A stretch of 63,340 nt of DNA, counting the filler, from Octopus bimaculoides (taxonomy: Eukaryota), in NCBI RefSeq assembly GCF_001194135.2. It is 8 parts of 8 records of this genome, joined end to end, with 100 filler letters (N's around TTAATTAATTAA, not from the genome) between each part and the next. Parts side by side here need not be neighbours in the genome. Positions count along the whole stretch, not along the records: positions 44,006 to 52,023 come from NC_068982.1; positions 52,124 to 57,331 come from NC_068989.1; positions 57,432 to 59,984 come from NC_068986.1; positions 60,085 to 63,340 come from NC_068996.1; 4 more parts are not named here. The stretch is one strand, 5' to 3'. The position numbers and the translations under genes were made by a program. Below the pieces are notes generated by a model. It was given only the letters and a program-made list of their open reading frames with translations, did no database searches and was not told the DNA's origin. Positions 51,000 to 63,276 of this stretch are shown here, one piece after another; within the stretch, counting starts at the first letter, position 1, and the number at the start of each line of letters is the position of its first letter.

Positions 51000-51735
51000 G
51001 TTTCGACCAAAGATTGGTCCAGGCCATGTCTAACTTAATAGCACCACCTGATAGGATTATCTAAATCCTTTTTACAGTCAAGTTTTGTCTATGGTCCATT
51101 CAAGTAGTGAGTTCTTATTGAGTGAGTTGTATCCAGGTATGAGTGGCTTGTCTGGTATTCTTTGAAGAAAACTCCGTTTAAAGCTGATATGATCCTTTTC
51201 CTCTTTTATCTGTTTCGGGACAATGTTAAATAGGGCAGGGCCTGTTGAGGAAAAGAAATTATGCCACAGTGTACCTATATGCTGTGATCCTGAATTGGGC
51301 AGGGGACGTATGGCTCGTGGTCCCAGCCTTGGATGAACCTTGAAACTAATGTTCAGGTCGTTTGGGCAATGCTGGCGGTATATTTTCCACATCGTACAAA
51401 TGATGTACCGCTCGCGTCGGCGCTTGAGAGAGTAGAGCTTCAAGGCCTTAAGGCGGTCCCAATAATCAAGATCAGTCATGCCTTAATTTCGTTTGGTGAG
51501 TGCCCTCTGGGGTGAGTCAATCCTCAAGATGTTTTGTTTTGCATGGGGAGACCACAAGGGGCAGCAGTATTCGAGGTGTGGCTGTACAAAGGAGGAGAAA
51601 AGTGGAATGATGACACCTTGTTCTCTGGACCGGAAGGTTCTTAAGATCCAAGAGCTCATCCTACGAGCTATATTGACCTCATTGTTGATGCGGGCATTCC
51701 AGCTGAGATTGTTGTCAACAATTACACCCAGATCA
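51000..51735 (-). mobile_element. CR1/L2-group LINE 3' fragment
   Basis: DLGVIVDNNLSW...SWILRTF...HLEYCCPLWSP...LDYWDRLKALKLYSLKRRRERY...IPDKPLIPGY, one frameshift. Confidence 0.85.
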
Positions 51736-51938
51736 GGGTGGTTAAAGTCAAAATAAGCAACAAGGATATCCAAAGTTAATGCAGTACGATTGTTTCATGC
51801 GACTCCATTTAATTAAGCAATGTAAACATTACATCAAATGTAAAATGTTCACATTGCTTAATTAAACGGAGTCGCTTGAAACGATCGTATTGCATTAACT
51901 TTGGATATCCTTGTTGCTTATTTTGACTTTAATCACCT
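51736..51938. repeat. Foldback hairpin, ~95-bp arms
   Basis: GGTGGTTAAAGTCAAAATAAGCAACAAGGATATCCAAAGTTAATGCA... reverse-complemented to 51938 around a short loop. Confidence 0.85.
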
Positions 51939-52023
51939 TATTTTGAAACTGTATGGATAATACCATACTTAATTCCGGTGCCTAAACTTAAGTACCATAT
52001 TCACCTTAAATCTATATATACAT

Positions 52024-52123
52024 NNNNNNNNNNNNNNNNNNNNNNNNNNNNNNNNNNNNNNNNNNNNTTAATTAATTAANNNNNNNNNNNNNNNNNNNNN
52101 NNNNNNNNNNNNNNNNNNNNNNN
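52024..52123. other. Artificial scaffold join
   Basis: 44 N + TTAATTAATTAA + 44 N. Confidence 0.95.
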
Positions 52124-52161
<38 letters not shown>

Positions 52162-52179
52162 TAATAATGATAATATCAA

Positions 52180-52330
52180 AAAAATACCTTAGGAATGAGA
52201 ACCCAGGTTCGAAATTTCCCCAAGACACCTGATAAATGTTGGAGGGTATATCAGCCGAAACGTTGCGTTAACAACAAACAAGATGAGGACAAATATCCGT
52301 CAACTGTAAATAGTGTAAATAATGTAAATT
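52180..52330 (+). mobile_element. Penelope-like 3' remnant with a damaged minimal hammerhead
   Basis: GACAC-CTGATAA-A-TGTTG-loop-CAGCC-GAAA-CGTT-GCGTT; AATGTAAAT tail. Confidence 0.55.
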
Positions 52331-52716
52331 GCGTATACTTCTACAATACACAAAATATTTTAATAATTTTTTATACAATTCTTAATAATATTTAATTATA
52401 AAAACATAACATGTCTTTTTAAATATCGAATATCTATGAAGGTGAAAAACAGATGAGAACTACAGCCTGAGATAAATGTCTAAACTGGCCGAGTAGATCC
52501 GTAGTTCTTAATCTTTATCACTTGGTATTACACAGGGTCGAATTAAGACTCACAGAGGCCCTTAGGACTTAAGATAGTTTGGTGCCCCCACATATATGTA
52601 ATTCATAATATAAACAATAATAATTCATAAGATAAATTTTGATTTTTCAAAACAAAACAAAACTAATGGTAAGATCGAAAATAATGTCTATTTTCGTGTT
52701 CTTCCACTTTATATGT

Positions 52717-53100
52717 GGAGGCGCAATGGCCCAGCGGTTAGGGCAGTGAACTCGCGGTCATAGGATCGCGGTTTCGATTCCCAGACCGGGCGTTGTGAGC
52801 GTTTATTGAGCGAAAACACCTAAAGCTCCACGAGGCTCCAGCAGGGAATGGTGGCGAACCCTGCTGTACTCTTCCACCACAACTTTCTCTTACTCTTACT
52901 TCCTGTTTCTGTTGTGCCTGCAATTCAAAGGGTCAGCCTTGTCACACTCTGTGTCACGTTGAATATCCCCGAGAACTACGTTAAGGGTACACGTGTCTGT
53001 GGTGTGCTCAGCCACTTGCACGTTAATTTCACGAGCAGGCTGTTCCATTGATCGGATCAACTGGAACCCTCGACGTCGTAAGCGACGGAATGCCAACAAC
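52717..53100 (+). mobile_element. SINE family B, full length
   Basis: Near-identical to 7124-7500. Confidence 0.85.
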
Positions 53101-53109
53101 AACAACCAC

Positions 53110-53280
53110 TTTATATACATTATTTACATTATTTACATTTGATGAAGGCTGGAGGGTATATCAGCCGAAACGTTGTGTTAACAACAAACAAAATGAGGAC
53201 AAATATCCGTCAAGTGTAAATATCGTAAATAATGTAAATAATGTAAATAATTCCTCATCTCTTAAATATAGAACTGTATT
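53110..53280 (+). mobile_element. Second Penelope-like remnant with an inverted 5' piece
   Basis: TTGATGA-A-GGCTG-loop-CAGCC-GAAA-CGTT-GTGTT; 53115-53140 is the reverse complement of its own AATGTAAAT tail. Confidence 0.55.
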
Positions 53281-53324
53281 CCACTTTATATTTGATAAAT
53301 TTTTCCCTATTTTTTTTTTAAATT

Positions 53325-53520
53325 GCAGATCTTCCCTATGACACTATGAACACTTCGAACTTATATTTCCAATCATATGAAACACTTGAATATTATTTTA
53401 GCAAGTTTAAAGTGATTTCTTTTGTGCCGTAAACCATTTACCCTTTCTGTGGTGCCCTCCTTACCCCCGATGCCCTGAACACGTGCTTATTTTGGTTAAT
53501 CCATTTTAACCCAGGTTAAC
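53325..53520 (+). repeat. Dispersed repeat, second copy at about 56985-57175
   Basis: Shared GATCTTC.CTATG.CAC...GTGCCGTAAACCATTTACC block. Confidence 0.7.
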
Positions 53521-53654
53521 CCTGTCGAAATTTTGAAGATAGTTATATAAATAGGGATCACAAACATACGGAAGCGTTCAGTTAACCTTTATTGGAGTAA
53601 ATAAACTAATTACGATGGTTAAATAAATACAAGCTTTATTCTTTTTTTTATACT

Positions 53655-53830
53655 CTAGGCACAAGACCTGAAATTTTGGGGGAGGGGGCCTGGCGATTAG
53701 GTGAACTCCAGTATGCAACTGGTACTTAATTTATCGACCCCGAAAGGATGAAAGGCAAAGTCAACCTCGGCAGAATTTGAACTCAGAGCGTAAAGACAGA
53801 CGAAATACCGCTAAGTATTTTGCTCGGCGT
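53655..53830 (-). mobile_element. SINE family D
   Basis: Module match. Confidence 0.8.
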
Positions 53831-53991
53831 AACAACAAGCTCTATTTTGCGTCCAATTAACCAAATACAACTGTCCTCAAGCGGTGGACAGTGGGTTAAA
53901 ATGGGTTAATGGTTAGTCCAGCGCTGGTGGTACATTGGAGATCCAATAAATATATACTAATGCACGAAGTATGCTTCATTTGCCAGTATTG

Positions 53992-54199
53992 TCATAACCA
54001 TTTGACATTTAAACTGGTCATATCCAGCCAAAATATTCTAACTGCTTTGTCTTCAAAAGCAGGCAAATCCGGCCTCTCAAACCTACCCGACAATGTCGTC
54101 CTAGAAATAAACAATCACATCCTTGAAATTTCAAAGCCTTGAGACAAAGCATGACTAGTATGAAAACTTGATTGAGTAATCTGAATACAGAAGGGTTAA
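53992..54199. mobile_element. Possible piggyBac-type MITE
   Basis: Right end AGGGTTAA, degenerate left end TAACCATTTGACATT. Confidence 0.35.
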
Positions 54200-54336
54200 T
54201 TTCTCTGCGTATTGGCAAAATAGCTAACTCAGCCAAAACGTGAGCTTTTGCCTTTTATGTGTTTACTACCGAGATTTCTTAAAAAGCAATATGAGCCGAT
54301 TCAGCTATCGTAATTCCAGATGAAAAAAAAACAAAA

Positions 54337-54495
54337 GTCGGCGTGGCTGTGTGGGTAACTGACTTGCTTTCCAACTATGTGGTCTTGGGTTTAGTCCCAC
54401 TGTGCAAATGTCTTCTGCTATAGCATCGGGCGGACCAAGGCCCTGTGAGTGGATTTGGTATACAGAAACTAAAAGAAGCCCGCCGTGTACATATG

Positions 54496-54500
<5 letters not shown>
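54337..54500 (+). mobile_element. SINE family A 5' half
   Basis: Head and CORE-like block. Confidence 0.75.
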
Positions 54501-54528
<28 letters not shown>

Positions 54529-54695
54529 NNNNNNNNNNNNNNNNNNNNNNNNNNNNNNNNNNNNNNNNNNNNNNNNNNNNNNNNNNNNNNNNNNNNNNNN
54601 NNNNNNNNNNNNNNNNNNNNNNNNNNNNNNNNNNNNNNNNNNNNNNNNNNNNNNNNNNNNNNNNNNNNNNNNNNNNNNNNNNNNNNNNNNNNNAT

Positions 54696-54726
<31 letters not shown>

Positions 54727-55369
54727 TATGCAACCGGCTCCTTTCCATTTGCAAGGCTTTGGTCACGGTGTCACGCAGTAGGACTGAACCCGGAACCATG
54801 TGACTGGGAAGCCACACAGCCGCCCCCGGATCATAGCACAATTAAACTGGATCATTGTACAATTATTTTTCACACGTTAAATTTTGCTCATTTTCGAAAT
54901 CACGTCTTTTTCAGAAATTTACTCATTTTATCTTATATAGGTAGATGCATTTTCTGGAAAATATGAACACCAATATTGAAGTGCAAAATATAACGCACTG
55001 CAAACAGCAGCAGTTTTTAAAACAAGGCTATGTTCCTGTGGACTAAATGCTGCACAAGTCACCGGAGGCAGAAGTTAGCAGCGTAAAGAGAAGTTCAAAA
55101 TCCGTTTTATACATATGATGGCATCAACCAACATGTTTTAAGCTTTGTCGGGATGGACACAAAAGATGTTTGAAAAATTTACCAACAAAATGTCATAACA
55201 AAACATTTAACACTTCTTTGTGATCAGGTTGGATCGATAATCGGATCGATAATTGGATCGATAATTGGATCGACGTGTACAATAAATAAGTGAAAAATAA
55301 TGTTAACCAGACGCTTATTTTGTTAGATGAAAAGAGTTTTATCGTTCATAAGGGTTTTGTTCCGTAACC

Positions 55370-55560
55370 TGTGTGTGTGTGTATGTGTGAGTGAGAGAGA
55401 GAAATAGAGAGAGAGAAAGTGTGTGTACGTGTGTGTATGTGTGTGTGTGTGAGTGAGAGAGAGAGAAAAAGAGAGAGAAAGTGTGTGTACGTGTGTGTGT
55501 GTGTGTGTGTGTGAGTGAGAGAGAGAGAAAAAGAGAGAGAAAGTGTGTGTACGTGTGTGT
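55370..55560. repeat. Compound minisatellite, ~50-bp GT/GA unit, three or more copies
   Basis: Unit GTGAGTGAGAGAGAGAGAAAAAGAGAGAGAAAGTGTGTGTACGTGTGTGT. Confidence 0.85.
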
Positions 55561-55898
55561 NNNNNNNNNNNNNNNNNNNNNNNNNNNNNNNNNNNNNNNN
55601 NNNNNNNNNNNNNNNNNNNNNNNNNNNNNNNNNNNNNNNNNNNNNNNNNNNNNNNNNNNNNNNNNNNNNNNNNNNNNNNNNNNNNNNNNNNNGTGTGTTT
55701 GAAAGAGAGAATGTTTGTGTGTGTGAGTGAGAGAGAAAATGTGTGTGTGTGAATGAGTGTTCATGTGTGAGAGAGAGAGAATATGTGTGTGTGAGAGAGA
55801 GAGAGACAATATGTGCGCGTATATGTGTGTGTGAGAGAGAGAAGGAGAGAGAGTATGGGTGAATGTGTGTGTGCGAGAGAGACAGAGAGAAAGTGGGT

Positions 55899-55933
<35 letters not shown>

Positions 55934-56461
55934 TCTGTATGCGTGAGTGTGAGGGAAAGTGTGTGTGAATGTGTGTAAGTGTGTATGTGTGAGTGTGTGT
56001 GAATATGTGTATGTGTATGTGAATGTGTGTATGTATGAGTGTGTGTGTGTGTGTGTAAGTGTGTGTGTGTTTAATGATGCTTGCCTCTGTGTCATTATAC
56101 TTTGATGCTGGAAGTTCATGTAAGCAGCAAACTGGATCATAGTTTCTAGACGTCCGCTGTCCCTAGTTTCTGTCGGTAGTTTTATTTATTTATTTTTTTA
56201 CTCCACTGAGCCCTATTTTCATAAAAGCTCACAAGTAAAATGACTCATCCAACGGGTCATCCAACGGGCATTTCTGATTGGTTGATTTGTTTCTAATCAA
56301 CTAAAACACAAATATCAAAAAATCATTTGGCTTCAGAAGTCAAAGTTAACGCCAAGAATTTTGGTCAATGAGCCAAAAGCTTTATGTTCAATTCTGACCA
56401 GAAATCTGTTATGTTTATAAAACAGTTCAAAGTTATGACAAATGTATATAATAATTTCTGC

Positions 56462-56605
56462 TATAGGCACAAGGCCTGAAATTTGTGGGAGGCAGATAGT
56501 CGATTACATCGACCCCAATACTCAACAATTTTATCGACCCCGAAAGCAAAGTCGACCTCAGCGGAATTTGAACTCAGAACGTAAAGATGGACGAAATGCA
56601 TTTTG
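56462..56605 (-). mobile_element. SINE family D
   Basis: Module match. Confidence 0.75.
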
Positions 56606-56611
56606 CCCTGT

Positions 56612-56932
56612 GTTTTTCTGTCCGTAGACGAGATATCTCAAGAACTGCTCGATGGATTCGGATGAAACTTTTAGGAATGTTTGGCCTCGTGACTGGCACG
56701 AACTGATTAGATTTTGGGATTGATCTGGTATCGGACAAGGATTCTAGATTATTTTCCCGCTTTTTTCTTAACTTAATTTTTGAGAGCGGTCTGGTTCATT
56801 TTTAGTATTCTCGTTTGTGAGAGCAGTTGAGTTTATTTCAGATATTCTCATTTTAAAAATCATCTCTGGCTAATCATTGAGAGGACGATGGAGTTGCCTT
56901 GGCAGAGGTTTGCTCTCTTTGAGTGCTTTTAT
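56612..56932 (+). mobile_element. HINE-like element, second copy
   Basis: Reverse complement of 29883-30190. Confidence 0.5.
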
Positions 56933-57331
56933 TTATATTTAAACAATTTCCTCCTACTTTTTTTTAATAGCAAAGTCTTTGATCAGATCTTCACTATGGC
57001 ACCATAATCACTTCGAAATTATATTTCCGATCATATAAACCACTTTGAATATTATTTCAGCAAGTTTAAAATGATTTCTTTTGTGCCGTAAACCATTTAC
57101 CATTTCTGTGGCGTCTGCCCTTCCCTTGATGCACCAAAGCACATGCTGATTTTGCTTAATGGTTAATCTAGCGCTGATAAGGTTAGATATGTAATATCAC
57201 AGATATCACACATAGATACCCTTTAAAACCGACACTTTAAAACTAATAGTACACGACAACATACAGAACAGCAACACAGTCGAGAAACGAACTGTAAGAG
57301 AGAATATTTCCTAAAAGCGGACCCCCCCCCC

Positions 57332-57431
57332 NNNNNNNNNNNNNNNNNNNNNNNNNNNNNNNNNNNNNNNNNNNNTTAATTAATTAANNNNNNNNNNNNN
57401 NNNNNNNNNNNNNNNNNNNNNNNNNNNNNNN
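57332..57431. other. Artificial scaffold join
   Basis: 44 N + TTAATTAATTAA + 44 N. Confidence 0.95.
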
Positions 57432-58484
57432 ATATATATATATATACATATGTGTGTGTTTATGTGTATGTGTATGTATGTATTTGTGTGCGTGCTCATG
57501 TGTGTATTCATGTGTGTGTGTGCATGTATGTAATCGTGGGAGTGGAGAGTTTATATCGATATATATATATATATAATGATCTCTGGCCCAAAATAAATAA
57601 TTCTATACTGCTTTATTTAAATGGAAGACATTGAATAAATTTCAGTAGAAACCTTTAGTACATTGAACTGTGTAAGAAAAACAACAAATGTTAGTTATGT
57701 TCACACCACATGATAGTAAAATAAAAAGACTACTTTTTCCTATACATAAATACCTGTCAAATATCTATTAACTATTGGGTGAAAAACCCACGTTGATTTA
57801 TTTAACGAACGTTATGCTTAATTCAGCTGGCATTCGATGAAAATCGTTTCAGACGTTAAGGCAAACGGTATTTTTCAGCACGTTCGACTGTACATTCCCC
57901 TGTTTATGCGCCTTCATTGAAGCAAAATTCGCTTATGGGTTACATGGTTGCTATTTCAACCAGTTCTCTTGATTGATTCCAAATAACTTTTAAATGTTCT
58001 ATATTAGAATGTTTGGTAAGCTCCGACAATCCTTGTTTCAATGAACCTCTCTTCGATGAATGACTTTTGAACAAAGACACGATCCATCCTGTTTACTTTT
58101 TGTACATCTATGACTCCGTTGTTTACTCTGCCCTTGTAGGTATTTTTCCTGAGCGATGAGTTATGAAAGTCTTTCATTCATTTGTAGAATATTGACTGAA
58201 GGCATAGGTTCCCACTCGCTAACATTTCTCCGATGGTATACATGTTTGATATATGAAGAGAATCTGCTATAGAAACATTCAGTATTCTAACAGTAAATTA
58301 GCTGAGGTTTTGCTTGTTTCACATGTTAGTAGTTTTTCTGATTGAAATATATATTGTGTCAACAGTTACTCACTGTTCTACCTATTTTTTTATGTGGACG
58401 GCTTTTGTAATTGAAACGTTAAATATTTTAAAAGTAGCTTAACTAACTTTTACTTGTTTTTAATGAAGATGGCTTCTGTGAAAG

Positions 58485-58749
58485 AATTTGTGGAGTTTTA
58501 GAGCTTCGAACGAACAAACAGCAACAAAGTGGACGTACAAAGTAAACAATCAACGAAGACAAACATTAAGGGCCGTTAGACCAAGACGATTTGTAATGGA
58601 TAACATCTGGGAGAAACTTTGAATGGATATAGCACGAATGCCCATTACAATGCGTCTTGGACTAACGACGCTTGTCTTCGTCGATTGTTTACTCTGTACG
58701 TCCACTCTGTTGCTGTTTGTTCGTTCCAAGCCCTAAAACTCCACAAATT
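58485..58749. mobile_element. MITE with ~115-bp TIRs
   Basis: AATTTGTGGAGTTTTAG...CCAAGACG inverted as CGTCTTGG...CTAAAACTCCACAAATT. Confidence 0.8.
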
Positions 58750-58764
58750 TTATATACTCTTTCA

Positions 58765-58920
58765 CTCTTTACTTGTTTCAGTCATTTGACTGCGGCCATG
58801 CTGAAGCACCGCCTTTAGTCGAGCAAATCGACCCCAGGACTTATTCTTTGTAAGCCTAGTATTTATTCTATCGGTCTATTTTGCCGAACCGGTTGTCAAG
58901 CGATGTTAGGGGGGCGGGCA

Positions 58921-58964
<44 letters not shown>

Positions 58965-59164
58965 TATACATATATATATATATATATATATACATATATG
59001 CGATGGGCTTCTTTCAGTTTCTGTCTTCCAAATCCGCTCACAAAGCTTTGGTCGGCCCGAGGCTATAGTAAAAGACACTCGCCCAAGGTGCCACGCAGTG
59101 GGACTGAACCCGGAACCATGCTGTTCGTAAGCAAGCTACTTACCACACAGCCACTCCTGCGTCT
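58765..59164 (-). mobile_element. SINE family A (internally deleted)
   Basis: Junction GCCGAAC|CGGTTGTC. Confidence 0.85.
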
Positions 59165-59984
59165 ATGTTTAAAATGTCTCGATGCCACTGCCTTATGACG
59201 TTATCCTATCTTGTCTTTAAAAGATCGACATAGGGAGTAATAAACAGTAGACAACTAAGGAGGATATAGGCTTCTTTTCGTATTTTCTCCCATAATTGTC
59301 TCTCGTAATTTGTTTACATATTTCTCACTCATCGTTGATGTCCTGTTCTTATTATGTATTTTTTACTCATTTATAATCGAACACCACGCAGCCTTGTCCA
59401 CAGTAAGTTCTTACATTTATATATGTGTGTGTGTGTGTCAGTCTGTTTGTCTGTGTGTGTGTGTTTGTGTATCTGTATGCCTGTCACTGTGTGTGTGTTT
59501 GTATATATATATTTGGAGAGAAGATTTTTTCACAAACAGTTAAGATTTAGAAAGGATCTTTAGAAAGTCGAAATACACTAACGTTTGGGAAGAGATTTCA
59601 CAAAATGTGTGTGGGCTTTGCTTTTATAGATGTGCAATCGCTTGTGCTTGAAAACGTTAAGAACTGAAAGCGCTTGCACATCTAGAAAAGCAAACCCTAC
59701 ACAAATTTTGTGATATCTCTTCCCAAAGATTACTCTCTTTTGGCTTTCTAAAAAAATATTCTCTCCAGATATTATAACTGTATCAAGGAATTTCCAAAAC
59801 ACTCTAAATATATATACACAATATGTATGTATGTATATATATATATATATACGTTTATATGCATACTCATATATCTATTTAAATATATTCATATCCATAT
59901 TTCTATATATAAATATGTGTCTGTGTAAGTATATATATACACACATATATACATATACATGTACATGTATATATATATATATAT

Positions 59985-60084
59985 NNNNNNNNNNNNNNNN
60001 NNNNNNNNNNNNNNNNNNNNNNNNNNNNTTAATTAATTAANNNNNNNNNNNNNNNNNNNNNNNNNNNNNNNNNNNNNNNNNNNN
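59985..60084. other. Artificial scaffold join
   Basis: 44 N + TTAATTAATTAA + 44 N. Confidence 0.95.
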
Positions 60085-60275
60085 AATATATAATATATAT
60101 AATATATAATATATATATAAACTTACATAAACACACACACACACACATATACATATATACATACATATACATAGACATATATATGTATGTATATATGAAT
60201 ATATAAATGCTTATATATGTATTTCTGTATATATGTGTGTATATATATATGTGTGTGTAAATATATATATATGTG

Positions 60276-60307
<32 letters not shown>

Positions 60308-60315
60308 AGTGTGCA

Positions 60316-60550
60316 TAGCCTAGTGGTCACTGTGGTGCATTCATGATCACGAGATCGCGGGTTCAATTCCCGTAAGGGGTGGCACGTTATGTTCTTCAGT
60401 AAAGCACTTCATTTCACATTGGTTAGTGATTCTTCGATATCTGACATGTGGCAAATCGTGCACCTCTACTGTCAATGTCAATTTGATGAAGAGAGCGAAT
60501 TAATGCACAGCACACACATCATCTGTATAAAGTGTTCAGCAACAAATTGC
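60316..60550 (+). mobile_element. SINE family C-like head with a different tail
   Basis: TAGCCTAGTGG, GGTTCAATTCCC, AAAGCACTTCATTTCACATT. Confidence 0.55.
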
Positions 60551-60635
60551 GGAATACTCATTAGTCGTTGCGTACCTACACACCAACCCTACACACACAG
60601 ACAGACAGACACAAACACATACACATACACACACT

Positions 60636-60890
60636 GTACGTGGCTGTATGGTAAGAAACTTGCTTACCAACCACTTAATTTCAGGTTTGCTCCTACTGCG
60701 TGACACCTTGGGCAAGTGTCTTCAATTATAACCCCAGGCCGACCAAAGCCTTGTGAGTGGATTTGATAGACAGAAACTGAAAGAAGCCCGTCGTATATAT
60801 ATATACGTATGAGTGTATGTGTGTGCATATATATTCGACTAAAACCCTTCAAAGTGGTGCCCCAGCATGCCAGCTGTCAAATAAGTGATA
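60636..60890 (+). mobile_element. SINE family A, deleted
   Basis: Head, CORE-like block and partial tail. Confidence 0.75.
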
Positions 60891-61399
60891 TATATATATA
60901 TATANNNNNNNNNNNNNNNNNNNNNNNNNNNNNNNNNNNNNNNNNNNNNNNNNNNNNNNNNNNNNNNNNNNNNNNNNNNNNNNNNNNNNNNNNNNNNNNN
61001 NNNNNNNNNNNNNNNNNNNNNNNNNNNNNNNNNNNNNNNNNNNNNNNNNNNNNNNNNNNNNNNNNNNNNNNNNNNNNNNNNNNNNNNNNNNNNNNNNNNN
61101 NNNNNNNNNNNNNNNNNNNNNNNNNNNNNNNNNNNNNNNNNNNNNNNNNNNNNNNNNNNNNNNNNNNNNNNNNNNNNNNNNNNNNNNNNNNNNNNNNNNN
61201 NNNNNNNNNNNNNNNNNNNNNNNNNNNNNNNNNNNNNNNNNNNNNNNNNNNNNNNNNNNNNNNNNNNNNNNNNNNNNNNNNNNNNNNNNNNNNNNNNNNN
61301 NNNNNNNNNNNNNNNNNNNNNNNNNNNNNNNNNNNNNNNNNNNNNNNNNNNNNNNNNNNNNNNNNNNNNNNNNNNATATATATATATATATATACATAA

Positions 61400-61435
<36 letters not shown>

Positions 61436-61964
61436 CACACACGCGCACATATATTTATATATACCTATATGTATGTATATATAGAGAGAGAGAGATAGAT
61501 AGATAGATATAAACAAAAATGCAGTAACAAAAGTAACTTGTATTTGATAACATGGACAAACACCGGTTAGATATATATTTTATAAAAAAATCTTCTTCAT
61601 TTATCAAAACTATTTCCTCATCTAGAGGATGTGTTTTAATTACCTAATGGCAATGAAGACCAGTTCCAAATAAGAGGAGGTTATCTCAAAATTCAAGATT
61701 TTTCCAAATCTGACATGCCACTAAGGAAGAGGCTTATTTTCTGAGGGTAAGAGGACAATCGTGGACACGCGTTTGTGACTCTGTAGTGGTTTCGAGTGGG
61801 AAGTAATTGTAATAAATCCAAATATTTCATATATATATATATATATATAGATAGATAGATAGATAGATACATACATACATACATACATACATACATGCAT
61901 ACATACATACATACATACATACATACATACATACATACATACATACATACATACATAACTGGCA

Positions 61965-62110
61965 TCCTGTGGGTTACGACGACGAGGGTTTCAATTGATC
62001 CAATTAACGGAACAAAGTGCTCGCGAAATTAACGTGAGAGTGGGCTGAGCACTCCACAGACATGCATACCCTTAACATAGTTCTCAGGGAGATTCAACGT
62101 GACACAGGAT
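61965..62110 (-). mobile_element. SINE family B 3' tail
   Basis: Reverse complement of 7350-7495. Confidence 0.7.
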
Positions 62111-62395
62111 GGGACTGGAGCGACTTGAAATAAAGTGTGGCTAGCAAGTTTACATCATTACAGGTAAAATACAACTAAATTCATATTCAATTGGGTATTT
62201 AAATACCACTTGCTATAAACAGAGCCATCGCTCCAAAACCACCAATAACTCACTATTAAAATACACACGAGCAATGCAATGAATATTACAGAAACAGACT
62301 TACCCTGCGGGGAATACACAAGGAATTTGTATATATCAGTATCAATTGATTTGGCCCTCAATATGAAAATCCATACTTTGAGCTCATCAGCTATA

Positions 62396-62449
<54 letters not shown>

Positions 62450-62460
62450 NNNNNNNNNNA

Positions 62461-62515
<55 letters not shown>

Positions 62516-63056
62516 GTCTAGTTTTAAATCTCTAAGCGAGAAGTATATAGTAACAGTACTGTACAGTAAAGTCTATTTGCTAACGTTAAGTGGTTGTCCT
62601 GTACCAAGGAGAGATTCTCTGATCTCCGAACTACGCACCCTGTCAAGTGAGGAATATATACGGCATCGAAACCAGGAAACCGGCTATTATGAATCGGCAT
62701 GACCCGAGAAGGTAATCTTAACTAACTTTACTTTTACTTATATTCGTGATCGTATACTTTCTGTCATTACCCAACATTCATGACCTTAACTGAAGCCAGG
62801 CACAGAAACCGAATTAAAGATAGCAAGTTTGGTTCCAGCATTCTAGCTGGGGATAGAATACTGGAGCAAGCTCGTTACTAATTTGCAGGTGCTAAAACTT
62901 GCAATTCTAGCAATCCATTCAGTCTCTACTTCCTATCACTAGTGGATACCGTACAAAATACTTAAACTTCTCTTCTCTTTATAATTTTAATGGTTTCAGC
63001 CAGAGCCTTGGTCATGCTGGGGAATCGGCACTAGCATTAATGCTTGTTTATTTTAG

Positions 63057-63166
63057 ATGCAGTTTCCGACCCTGTGCCTGGGATCGGGCCTGGTGAAGTA
63101 GTGAATTGGACAGAACGGCCCTTTTTCGTGTTTCTTGTTACGATGTGAATTAATCTGGAATTTTAG
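63057..63166 (+). other. Candidate non-coding (5' UTR) exon
   Basis: TTGTTTATTTTAG| acceptor, TTAG|GTAAAA donor; upstream donor GAGAAG|GTAATC after 62711. Confidence 0.25.
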
Positions 63167-63276
63167 GTAAAAAATTTGTTTAAATGTTCTTTAAACACAC
63201 CTACATCTACATATCATAGATCTCTGAGGCCGCAGTACAATGACTGAAATAAATAAAAGAATAAAAGAATAAATGA

